From positions 192,001-256,000 of the forward strand of contig CAVVNQ010000015.1 in assembly GCA_963749705.1 (NCBI GenBank): a stretch of 64,000 nucleotides of DNA, given 5' to 3'. The notes beneath the pieces are model-generated. The model did no database searches and was not told the origin of the DNA. It worked only from the letters and a program-made list of their open reading frames with translations. Numbering within the stretch: the first letter of the stretch is position 1; each line of letters begins with the position of its first letter. Positions 53,835-62,369 of the stretch are shown here, in pieces. Position numbers and translations under genes: made by a program. Origin of the DNA: an uncultured Chloroflexia bacterium. Its GTDB lineage: Bacteria; Chloroflexota; Limnocylindria; Limnocylindrales; CSP1-4.

Positions 53835-55297
53835 GGCTGGGACCTCGATGTGGGCTCCGATGCCCCACGAGCATCGCCCGCGCGCGTCACGCGCCCAGCA
53901 CCGGCGGGTAACGATCCGGTGACAGGCAGCGTCAACGAGAACACCATGCCGCCGCCGGGGCGCCGGCGCGCGGTCAGCGTTCCGCCGACGAGCGCGGCAT
54001 GCTCCCGGGCGATCGCCAGCCCGAGCCCGGAGCTGCCGCCGCGCCGCGACGGGTCGGCCTTGTAGAAGCGATCGAACAGATGGGGCATGGCATCGGATGC
54101 CACCCCGGGTCCACGGTCGGCGACCACGATCACCGCGCCGTCGCGGGTACCCGTGAGCGACACCTCCACCGGCGCGCCCGGCGCATGGTCCCGGGCGTTG
54201 TCGAGAAGGTTGCCCAGGATGCGGTCGAGCCGGCGCGGCTCGGATTCCACGACCACCGGGTCCCGCGGCAGCGACACCTCGGCCTCGGGCAGCCGGGCGG
54301 CGACGACGCCGGTCACGATCCGGCCGAGATCCACGGGTTCCAGCGCGGCCTGCTCGGCCTGCGCGTCGAAGCGCGAGACCTCCATCAGGTCGTCGACGAG
54401 CACCCGCAGCCGCCGGACGTCGGCAACGAGGAGCTCGGCGGCCCGTCGCGCGTCGGGCGTGAGGCGGTCGAGTCCCGTCTCGATCAGCGACGCCTCGGCG
54501 ACCAGGGCGGTCAGCGGTGTTCGCAGCTCGTGCGAGACGTCCGCGACGAAGTCCCGGTTCTGGCGCTGCGCCGCTTCCAGCCGGACGACGGTCGTCTCCA
54601 GCGAGTCGGCCATGCGATTGAACTCGGCCGCCCAGCGTCCGAACTCGTCCCGACCCTCCTCGGGCACCCGTGCCGAGAGGTCGCCCCGCGCGATCCGGCG
54701 GGCCGCCTCGCCGGCGGCGGCGACCGGCTGCAGGATCCGTCGCGCGATGACGCGGGCGGTGAGCAGCGCCACCAGCACCGCGATCAGCGCCGCGGCCGCA
54801 AGCCCGAGCCGGAGCTGGGCCAGCGCATCCTCGACCGGGCGGGCGGAGAACACGAAGTAGAGATCCGGCGGGCCGCCCACCCGGCCGCCCACCACGAGGG
54901 CCGGCCCACCCGACAGGTCCAGCCACGCGTAGCCCAGCTGTCCGTCGGCCACGATCTGGCGGAGCGAGGCCGGGATCCGGTCCGGGACGCCCTGGAGGGC
55001 AAGGCTCGACAGGTACGGGTTGCCGTCGCCGAAGTCCGCGATGACCTCGGAGTCGCCGCGCAGCCGGAACGCCGCCGGCAGGCTGCTGGCGCGGAAGCTG
55101 TCCGCGTCGGTCGGGCGCGGCTGTGCGTCCGGGAGCAGGACCGAGAGGTTGAAGTCCACCTGCTGGCGAGCGTCGGCGATCAGCCGGTCGCGCAGCGACG
55201 CATCGACGAACGCGTACGTTCCGATGCCGATCGCGGCGACGGTCACGGCGACGAGCGCCACCAGGGTCAGCGCGAGCCGGGTCCGGATGCCGCCCAT
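53831..55297 (-). CDS. HAMP-domain sensor histidine kinase (MtrB/CseC-like)
   Basis: Two TM helices, HAMP, H-box DVSHELRTPL, NLLDNA, DRGPG, FDRFYK and GLGLAI motifs. Confidence 0.93.
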   Translation of the reverse strand: MGGIRTRLALTLVALVAVTVAAIGIGTYAFVDASLRDRLIADARQQVDFNLSVLLPDAQPRPTDADSFRASSLPAAFRLRGDSEVIADFGDGNPYLSSLALQGVPDRIPASLRQIVADGQLGYAWLDLSGGPALVVGGRVGGPPDLYFVFSARPVEDALAQLRLGLAAAALIAVLVALLTARVIARRILQPVAAAGEAARRIARGDLSARVPEEGRDEFGRWAAEFNRMADSLETTVVRLEAAQRQNRDFVADVSHELRTPLTALVAEASLIETGLDRLTPDARRAAELLVADVRRLRVLVDDLMEVSRFDAQAEQAALEPVDLGRIVTGVVAARLPEAEVSLPRDPVVVESEPRRLDRILGNLLDNARDHAPGAPVEVSLTGTRDGAVIVVADRGPGVASDAMPHLFDRFYKADPSRRGGSSGLGLAIAREHAALVGGTLTARRRPGGGMVFSLTLPVTGSLPAGAGRVTRAGDARGASEPTSRSQP

Positions 55298-55325
55298 CTG
55301 CTGCTCGTGCCCGCCGCTCAGCGTC

Positions 55326-56021
55326 TCAGCCGGCCGGCCGGGCGGCCTTGTACCCGGCGCCGCGGACGGTGAGGATCAGGGCCGGCTCGGCCGGGTCCGC
55401 TTCGACCTTGGCCCGCAGCCGGCCGATCGCGACGTCCACCAGCCGCGAATCGCCGAGGTAGTCGTAGCCCCAGACGTGGTCCAGCAGGACGTCCCGCGTG
55501 AACACCTGGCCCGGCCGGCTCGCCAGGTCGGCCAGGAGGTCGAACTCGGTCCGCGTGAGCGGCACCTCATGGCCGTCGCGCTCCACCGTGCGCCCGGCGA
55601 GGTCGATCCTCAGCGGGCCCAGCTGGATGAGGCGCTCGACGGACGGGTCCTCGTCCCGCCCTCGCCGCCGCAGGGCCGCGCGCAGCCTGGCGACCAGCTC
55701 GGGCATCTCGAACGGCTTGCGGACGTAATCGTCCGCGCCGGATTCCAGGCCGACCACGACATCGATCGTGTCGGCGCGTGCGGTGAGCATGACGATCGGC
55801 GTGGTGGCCTCGCGGCGGATGGCCCGACACACCTCGAGGCCATCCATCCGCGGCAGCATCACGTCGAGCAGGACCAGGTCAAACGGCTCCGCGCGCCAGC
55901 GTTCGAGGCCCTCGGCGCCGTCGCCGGCCGTCGTCACGGTGAAGCCCGCCGCACGCAGCCCGAGCGCGGTCACCTCGCGGATCGACGGGTCGTCCTCGAC
56001 GAGCAGGATGTGCGCGTCCAC
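55326..56021 (-). CDS. OmpR-family response regulator (MtrA/CseB-like)
   Basis: LLVEDD, LLDVMLP, MLTAR, GADDYVRKPF, WGYDYLGDSRLVDV and TVRGAGYK motifs. Confidence 0.94.
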   Translation of the reverse strand: MDAHILLVEDDPSIREVTALGLRAAGFTVTTAGDGAEGLERWRAEPFDLVLLDVMLPRMDGLEVCRAIRREATTPIVMLTARADTIDVVVGLESGADDYVRKPFEMPELVARLRAALRRRGRDEDPSVERLIQLGPLRIDLAGRTVERDGHEVPLTRTEFDLLADLASRPGQVFTRDVLLDHVWGYDYLGDSRLVDVAIGRLRAKVEADPAEPALILTVRGAGYKAARPAG

Positions 56022-56088
56022 GGCGCGAGTATGGCAGCGGCCGATGCGCGCGGTGAGTGCCGACGGTCAGGGCCCGCGAGCCCGAGCG

Positions 56089-56469
56089 TCAGCGATGCCC
56101 GTGTTCGCGGGCCAGCTCCTGCAGCCGCGCGTCGGAGATCCCGAAGTGGTGGGCAATCTCGTGATGGACGGTGTCGATCACCTTGGCGCGCATGGCCTCG
56201 GGGGTTCGGTGGTGCTGCGCGATCGTGCCCCGGAAGATCGTGATCCGCGACGGAACCGCGGCGGAGTCCGCGCCCCAGGCCGAGCGCGGCACGCCCTGGT
56301 AGATCCCATACAGTCCGGCGGCGCCAACGGAGGCGAGCTGCGCCGGCGTCGGCCAGTCCTCGACCACGATCGCGACGCTGCCCAGCCGGTCGCGGAATGC
56401 CGCGGGCAGGGCGTCGATCGCCTCGGCCACCCAGGTCTCGAACGTCTCGTCGTCGATCGGCTCGTGCAT
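56089..56469 (-). CDS. minimal zincin-like metallopeptidase
   Basis: LYGIYQGVP, PSRITIFR and HEIAHHFG (HExxH). Confidence 0.88.
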   Translation of the reverse strand: MHEPIDDETFETWVAEAIDALPAAFRDRLGSVAIVVEDWPTPAQLASVGAAGLYGIYQGVPRSAWGADSAAVPSRITIFRGTIAQHHRTPEAMRAKVIDTVHHEIAHHFGISDARLQELAREHGHR

Positions 56470-56524
56470 GTCGTGTGGGGAGGGTATCCCGACCGGTGGA
56501 GCCGCGACGCACGGGAGCCTGGCG

Positions 56525-57286
56525 TCAGCTGGTGGACACGGCCTTGAGCCCCGGCCTTGTCGTCGCGACGCGGGCGCTCCAGGGGACGCCCAGCCTGGGC
56601 AGCAGGTAGCGGTCCACCCCGTAGTAGCCGGCGACACGCCAGCCCAGGATCAGCCCGATGGCCAGGGCGAACATGACCGGGTTGACCGATGTCGAACCCG
56701 CCAGCAGGTAGGACATGTTCATGGTGGTGCCGAAGAAGGCCGCGATCCCGACCAGGGCGCCGGTCAGCAGGGCGATGCCGACGGCGAGCTCACCCAGGGC
56801 GATCAGCCAGCCGAACCAGCTCTGGGCCTGGATGTCGATCAGGAACTGGAGAAACGAGCGGTACCAGTCGAAGGTGATCGGGGCCGAGCCCTGTGCCGGC
56901 ACCTTGACCGCGTTCTGCCAGTAGCCGAGCAACGATGCGCCGCCGTCCGTCCAGCCGGTACCCGAGAGCTTGTGCCAGCCCGCGACGGCCCACTCGAAGC
57001 CCAGGAAGATCCGGATCGGCAGCCAGAACAGGCCCGCCCGAGTGTTGCTGAACAGGTAGCGGGTGAACGCCGGTCCCTCGACCTCGACAACCTCGGCGCC
57101 GGGCGACCTGCGGTCCTCGAACATCAGGACCACAACGACGACCGTGAGCACCCAGAACAGAATCGTCGCGACGGTCAGCGCCGTGGACCCCTGGGCGGGG
57201 TAGAACCACGGGTTCTCCATATAGACCAGGATCACCGCCGCGATCAGCGCGAGGGGCGTGACAAGGGACCGGTAACGAGCAAGCAC
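56525..57286 (-). CDS. DoxX/DoxD (TQO small subunit-like) membrane protein
   Basis: WLPIRIFLGFEW..AG..K, WYRSFL, GELAVGIAL, LLAGSTSVNP and AGYYGVDR motifs. Confidence 0.85.
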   Translation of the reverse strand: MLARYRSLVTPLALIAAVILVYMENPWFYPAQGSTALTVATILFWVLTVVVVVLMFEDRRSPGAEVVEVEGPAFTRYLFSNTRAGLFWLPIRIFLGFEWAVAGWHKLSGTGWTDGGASLLGYWQNAVKVPAQGSAPITFDWYRSFLQFLIDIQAQSWFGWLIALGELAVGIALLTGALVGIAAFFGTTMNMSYLLAGSTSVNPVMFALAIGLILGWRVAGYYGVDRYLLPRLGVPWSARVATTRPGLKAVSTS

Positions 57287-57510
57287 GGCAACCTCCCGGC
57301 GCCGCCCGGGTCCGTGGTCCGGTGATCACGGGCGGGCGACGATCGAGTGGCCATCCCGAGAGTAGGGGACGAGACCGCGGAACCCGCGTCGACGATGGTG
57401 GGGTCCCGCAATGCCCGCGGGGCGGTGCCCTTTGACGGGATGATGCGCAGCCGCACGTGAGAAGCCGCTGAGATGGCGCGGCAGCACGGACCGGGCACCG
57501 GGTGAGGTCG

Positions 57511-57532
57511 GCGTAGAGCCGGCATAGAGCGC
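57511..57532 (+). promoter_or_regulatory. putative SARP operator (direct repeats with 11-bp period), copy 1
   Basis: GCGTAGAGCCGGCATAGAGCGC, with TAGAGC at 57514 and 57525. It lies 83 nt upstream of the lipoprotein ATG and is 20/22 identical to copy 2. Confidence 0.7.
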
Positions 57533-57615
57533 GGATCGGGATCGTGCGCCGCGGGCTTCCACTACGGGCGCCGCGTCCAAGTGAGATAGGTCCGCGAAGC
57601 AGGAGCCGAGCTTCC

Positions 57616-58482
57616 ATGACGTTCCGATCCCGCATGCGTCGCACCTGGGCGATCGCCGTGACCATCCCGCTCGTCCTGTCTGCCGTTGCTGCCTGTTCCG
57701 GGTCGACGGCAGCCACGAGCGATGCAGCCAATCCGCCGAGTGCCACCCCGGCGGCAACGCCGGTCGCGACGGCGAGCCTGCCGGCGACGGCAAGCCCGCC
57801 GGCGTCGGCAGCGCCGTCCGAGGCGGCGTCCCCGCTGACCGTGACCTCCTCACTCGCGGACGGACCGCTCGCGCGCGCCGTCGAGTGGACTGCGCGCGTT
57901 TCCGGACCCACCGACGTGGCGATCGACCGTGTCGAATTCCTGCTCGACGGGAAGGTGGCCTGGACCGAGCACAACCCGCCGTACACGTTCAACGACGACG
58001 GCAACGTGCTCATGCCGTGGGCGCTCGAGCCTGGGACGCACCAGCTCGCGATCAACGTCGTCACGGCCTCGGGTGTCGCCACTTCGGCCCCGGTCACGGT
58101 GACCACGGACCGTCCGCCGGTGCCCGAGGCGCTTCTCGACCAGCGGTTCGTGCGGACCGTGCCGGCGAGCGCGACGGGACCCGTCGGCGACTGGCACCTG
58201 AAATTCGCGGCGGACGGCGTGATCACCTTGACCGACCCATGGGGCGGAGGTGTGACCGAGGGATTCCAGGCCGCTGCGGACGGGACAATGTCCCTGTACG
58301 GGCCGGCGAACTGGGTTGCGCCGGCCTCCCTCCGCGGCAGCATCTGCGACTACGCGGAGGGCGCGGTCGCAATGGGCTGGCAGGTCAAGGGCTCCGAGCT
58401 GACGCTGTCCTCCGGCGATCGCCCCGACCCGTGTCCGGATCGCGCATTCCTGTTCGTCGGCACCTGGACGGTCAGCCCCTGA
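57616..58482 (+). CDS. lipoprotein with an Ala/Pro/Ser/Thr linker, an Ig-like domain and a beta-rich C-terminal domain
   Basis: AGGAG RBS and lipobox VAAC. RVEFLLDG...PPYTF...LEPGTHQLAI resembles bacterial Ig-like domains. Confidence 0.75.
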   Translation: MTFRSRMRRTWAIAVTIPLVLSAVAACSGSTAATSDAANPPSATPAATPVATASLPATASPPASAAPSEAASPLTVTSSLADGPLARAVEWTARVSGPTDVAIDRVEFLLDGKVAWTEHNPPYTFNDDGNVLMPWALEPGTHQLAINVVTASGVATSAPVTVTTDRPPVPEALLDQRFVRTVPASATGPVGDWHLKFAADGVITLTDPWGGGVTEGFQAAADGTMSLYGPANWVAPASLRGSICDYAEGAVAMGWQVKGSELTLSSGDRPDPCPDRAFLFVGTWTVSP

Positions 58483-58489
58483 GAATCGC

Positions 58490-58518
58490 TTGACCGGGCG
58501 CCTCACGACGGCGACGAT
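58490..58518 (+). promoter_or_regulatory. putative promoter of the SARP-STAND-BMP gene
   Basis: TTGACC, 17-nt spacer, GACGAT, 39 nt before ATG 58558. Confidence 0.4.
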
Positions 58519-58557
58519 CCACCTTCGACCAACGGTCCTGACGCGCTGAGGGTTGCG

Positions 58558-61500
58558 ATGGACTTTCGCCTGCTCGGATCGCTCGAGGCCGTGGCCGGTG
58601 GGGTCACGGCCGACCTTGGGCCGCCCAAGCAGCGCGCCCTGCTCGCGGTCCTGTTGCTGCACGCCGGGGAGATCGTCTCCGTCGATCGGCTGATCGACGA
58701 CCTGTGGCCGGAGGCGCCGCCGCGCACGGCGGCGCACTCGATCCAGATCTACGTCTCGGAGCTGCGCAAGGCACTGTCGCGGCTCGCGCCCGGCGAGCTC
58801 ATCGTCACGCGCCAGCCGGGCTACCAGCTGCAGGCGCCCGACGATGCGATCGACACCCGCCGGTTCGAGCGGCTGGTCGAGGAGGGCCTGCAGCGCCTCC
58901 GGACGGGCGACCGGGTCGGGGGCATGGAGCGGCTTCGGGCGGCCCTGACCCTGTGGCGGGGGCCCGTCCTGTCCGACTTCGCCTACGAGGAGTTCGCCCA
59001 GCCGTACATCCGGCGGCTCACCGATCGGCATCTCGACGCGATCGAGGAGCTCGCCGCCGCGGAGCTCCTGGCCGGGCTCGTCGCCGACGCGCTTTCGCTC
59101 GTGGAGGCGGCCGTTCGCGAGGACCCGCTCCGCGAGCGGTCGCGCGAGATCCTGATGCTCGCGCTCTCCCGATCGGGTCGCCACGCCGAGGCCCTCCGGA
59201 CGTACCAGCGGCTCCGGGAGCTGCTCGACGACGAGCTCGGGCTGGATCCATCGCCGGCACTCCAGCAGCTCCAGCAGCGGATCCTGCTCCACGACCCGTC
59301 CCTCGCGCCGGCCTCGGAGGTTGCCGCGGGAACCGAGGAGCGGGCTCGAAATCCGTACAAGGGCCTGCGCGCGTTCACCGAGCAGGACGCCGCCGACTTC
59401 TTCGGCCGGGACGACCTGGCCGACCGCCTCGTCGACAGCCTGCGGGCCGGCCAACGCCTCGTCGCGCTCGTCGGCCCCTCGGGTTCGGGGAAGTCCAGCG
59501 TTCTCGCGGCCGGCCTGATCCCCAGGGTTCGCGCCGGCGCGATCGCGGGGTCTGTGCAGTGGGACGTCGTCCACGTCATCCCCGCGACCAACAACCTGGC
59601 TGAGATCGAAGCGACGGTGCGGACGCCGGCACCGCACCGACGGCTGCTCGTGCTCGACCAGTTCGAGGACCTGTTCGCCGTCGCCGACGAGCCGGCCAGA
59701 CGGCGCTTCCTCCAGACGATCTCGGCAGCGCTCCGTGACCCGGATGGAGCGGTCACGGTCGTGCTCGCCCTGCGGGCCGACTTCTACGACCGCCCGCTGC
59801 TCGATCCGGCGTTCGCCGAGATCTTCATCCCGGGCGTCATGAACGTCGTGCCCATGACGACCGACGAGCTCAAGGCGGCCGTCGCGGGCCCTGCGGAGCG
59901 TGCCGGGGTGAGCGTCGAGCCGGGGCTGCTCGCCGAGCTCGTCGCGGACACCGTGGCGCAGCCTGCGGCGCTGCCGCTGCTCCAGTTCGCCCTGACCGAG
60001 CTGTTCGACCGCGGCAACGGCGTGACGCTGACCCTGGCCGAGTACCGGGCGCTCGGCGCGCTCCACGGGATCCTGTCGCGCCGCGCCGAGGCCCTCTACG
60101 GTGGGCTCGACGCCGCCGGACGCCAGGTCGCCATGCAGGTGTTCCTGCGCCTCGTACGTCCCGGTCGGTCACCGATCGATTCGAGGCGGAGGCCATCGCT
60201 GTCGGAGCTCACAGACCTCGACGTCGACCCGGTCGCCCTGTCCGAGGTCCTCGACAGCTTCGGCCGCCACCGGCTCCTGGCCTTCGACCGCGACCCGGTC
60301 ACCGGCGACGCCACGGTCGAGGTGGCCCACGAGGCGCTGCTCCGCGAATGGGATCGCCTCGCCGGCTGGATCGATCGCCACCGCGCGGCTCTGCGGCGCC
60401 ACAGCTCGTTCGCCTCGGCCGCGGAGGAGTGGGAGGCCGCCGACCGCGACCCGGACTATCTCCTGACCGGGACACGCCTGGCGGAGTTCGAGACGACGAT
60501 CCGCGAGGGAGCGCTCCAGCTCACCGGGCGTGAGCGAGCGTTCCTCGAAGCGAGCCTGGAACGACGGCGCTCCGAGCAGGCGACTCAGACCGCGAGCGCC
60601 GCGGCCAGCCGCCGCCTGGAACGGCTTGCACGGATCCGCCTCGTGGGGCTCGGGATCGCGGTCGCGGCCGTGATCGTGCTCGGCGGGTACACCGCCCTGG
60701 GTCTCGCCACCCCGGTCCGGGCGCCCGTCTCGCTCATCTACAACGGGGACGGCGCGTGGTCGGTCGCGCTGATCGTCCAGGGCGGCTTCGATCGGGCGGT
60801 CACGGACTTCGGGCTGACCTCGCGCAAGATGTCCGTCATTTCCGGTCCGGCGGCGGACGACGCGATGCGGAGCGTGTCCCAGGGTGGCTCCGCGCTGGTG
60901 GTCGCGGCGGCCGTGGACGCCAACGTGGATTCCGTCGCGGCGGACTTCCCCGACACGCGCTACGCCGTGATCGACTTGCCCGCCGCGGAGCCCAACGTGA
61001 TCCACCTGGCGTTCGGTGACAACGAGAGCTCGTTCCTCGCCGGCGTGGTGGCGGCGAAGACGACGCGTACCGGCACGATCGGCTTCATCGGGGGCGCGGA
61101 CGGTCCCGTGATCTGGCCGTTCGCCGCGGGCTACGAGGCCGGGGCCCGGGCGGTGGACCCGTCGATCCGGATCCTGTCGGCGTACCTCGGCCGGGACGGC
61201 GACTACGAGGCCTACGTCGACCCGGCGGGCGCGTCCTCGGAGGCCATGTCGCAATTCCGCGGCGGCGCCGACGTCATCTTTGCGGCCGCGGGCGACTCGG
61301 GTGTCGGCGTGTTCAGTGCGGCGACCAGCGAATCGACAGCGCAGGGACGCCAGCTGTGGGCGATCGGCGTGGACTCGGACCAGTACGTAACCGTGGGCGA
61401 CAACCCGGTCAACGTCGGCTGGCGCGACTGGCAGCCGCACATCCTGACATCGGTCCTCAAGCGGATGGACACCGCGGTGTACGACCTGCTGGCGCAGTAC

Positions 61501-61719
61501 GCACGTGGCGATCTCGCGACCGGTACGCGGCGCCTCGGCCTCGCCGCCCATGGGGTCGACCTCTCGACCAGCGGCGGCTTCATCGATGGGCTTCGCGCCG
61601 AGATCGACACCTGGCGCGCGCGGATCGTCGCGGGGTCCGTCGCGGTGCCGTGCATCCCGGTCGGGCGCGAGGCCCAGGCTGGCGCGCTGGGCATCGACCC
61701 GACCGGGTGCGGCGGCTGA
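58558..61719 (+). CDS. SARP (wHTH+BTAD)-nSTAND NTPase-TM-BMP fusion, a putative transmembrane one-component regulator
   Basis: SARP/BTAD: MDFRLLGSLE, KQRALLA, YVSELRKAL, ALTLWRGPVL, DPLRER, ELGLDPS. nSTAND1-type: NPYKGL..F...DAADFFGR, GPSGSGKSS, VLDQFEDLF, LRADFY, LPLLQFAL, EVAHEALLREW. One TM helix at ~60634-60708. BMP: SFLAGVVAA, IGFIGG, GADVIFAAAG, AIGVDSDQ, ILTSVLK. Confidence 0.9.
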   Translation: MDFRLLGSLEAVAGGVTADLGPPKQRALLAVLLLHAGEIVSVDRLIDDLWPEAPPRTAAHSIQIYVSELRKALSRLAPGELIVTRQPGYQLQAPDDAIDTRRFERLVEEGLQRLRTGDRVGGMERLRAALTLWRGPVLSDFAYEEFAQPYIRRLTDRHLDAIEELAAAELLAGLVADALSLVEAAVREDPLRERSREILMLALSRSGRHAEALRTYQRLRELLDDELGLDPSPALQQLQQRILLHDPSLAPASEVAAGTEERARNPYKGLRAFTEQDAADFFGRDDLADRLVDSLRAGQRLVALVGPSGSGKSSVLAAGLIPRVRAGAIAGSVQWDVVHVIPATNNLAEIEATVRTPAPHRRLLVLDQFEDLFAVADEPARRRFLQTISAALRDPDGAVTVVLALRADFYDRPLLDPAFAEIFIPGVMNVVPMTTDELKAAVAGPAERAGVSVEPGLLAELVADTVAQPAALPLLQFALTELFDRGNGVTLTLAEYRALGALHGILSRRAEALYGGLDAAGRQVAMQVFLRLVRPGRSPIDSRRRPSLSELTDLDVDPVALSEVLDSFGRHRLLAFDRDPVTGDATVEVAHEALLREWDRLAGWIDRHRAALRRHSSFASAAEEWEAADRDPDYLLTGTRLAEFETTIREGALQLTGRERAFLEASLERRRSEQATQTASAAASRRLERLARIRLVGLGIAVAAVIVLGGYTALGLATPVRAPVSLIYNGDGAWSVALIVQGGFDRAVTDFGLTSRKMSVISGPAADDAMRSVSQGGSALVVAAAVDANVDSVAADFPDTRYAVIDLPAAEPNVIHLAFGDNESSFLAGVVAAKTTRTGTIGFIGGADGPVIWPFAAGYEAGARAVDPSIRILSAYLGRDGDYEAYVDPAGASSEAMSQFRGGADVIFAAAGDSGVGVFSAATSESTAQGRQLWAIGVDSDQYVTVGDNPVNVGWRDWQPHILTSVLKRMDTAVYDLLAQYARGDLATGTRRLGLAAHGVDLSTSGGFIDGLRAEIDTWRARIVAGSVAVPCIPVGREAQAGALGIDPTGCGG

Positions 61720-61748
61720 CCTCGGCCCCGCCGGCGGCAATGGCTGGG

Positions 61749-62195
61749 TCAGGGAATGACGGCGATCCCGACGTAGTGATCGTCGATCCCCTCCGCGTCG
61801 CACGAGTTGGTCGGGTAATACGTCCCGACGAGGGTCCCGGCACCGTGCATGCCCGCGAGGCTGCCGGTGCCGCCCGTGACCACCCAGCTGCCTTGGTCCT
61901 GCGGGTCGCAGGGGCGGACGCTCGCATGGATGTGGACATCGAAGGACCCGCCCGCGCAGGTGAACGTCTCGTGGACGTCGAACACGAGCGCCGCGCCGCG
62001 ACCAACGACCCGTGTGTCCTGCGCCAGGGTTCCGGCGTCGCAGTCCGGCAGCCCGGTGGCCGTGAACGTTGCCGGCCCTTCGAACCCGACGTGGGCGTCG
62101 ATCGTCACCGGCGTGGCAGCCGCGCCGCGGACCGGCGACACCGCCAGCGCGAGGAGCATCGAGGCCCCGATGAGAGAAGCAGATCGCCTGCGCAT
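61749..62195 (-). CDS. secreted small beta-rich protein with four Cys
   Basis: AGGAGG RBS, signal peptide MRRRSASLIGASMLLALAVSPVRGA and a GSWVVTGGTGSLAGMHGAG motif. Confidence 0.75.
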   Translation of the reverse strand: MRRRSASLIGASMLLALAVSPVRGAAATPVTIDAHVGFEGPATFTATGLPDCDAGTLAQDTRVVGRGAALVFDVHETFTCAGGSFDVHIHASVRPCDPQDQGSWVVTGGTGSLAGMHGAGTLVGTYYPTNSCDAEGIDDHYVGIAVIP

Positions 62196-62283
62196 CTGTG
62201 CGCCTCCTGATCGCGGGTCGTGTCGCTGGCGACACCACTCCGGGCGACCCGTTCCCGAGTGGCGCCCGCCCAGCGTCCACGCT

Positions 62284-62305
62284 GCGCTCTATCGCGGCTC
62301 TACGC
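62284..62305 (-). promoter_or_regulatory. putative SARP operator, copy 2
   Basis: The minus strand reads GCGTAGAGCCGCGATAGAGCGC, 88 nt upstream of ATG 62195, in the same orientation relative to its gene as copy 1. Confidence 0.7.
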
Positions 62306-62369
62306 GGCCGCTTCGCTTCCTCTGCGCAACGGTGGGACGTGGCGAGGGCCCGTGGCGAGGCCTGCCGGA

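Noticed and set aside
58558-61719. Avs-type antiphage STAND defence system
   Set aside because: The N-terminal module is a transcription activator rather than a nuclease, TIR or SIR2 effector, the sensor is extracellular, and no defence-island genes are adjacent.
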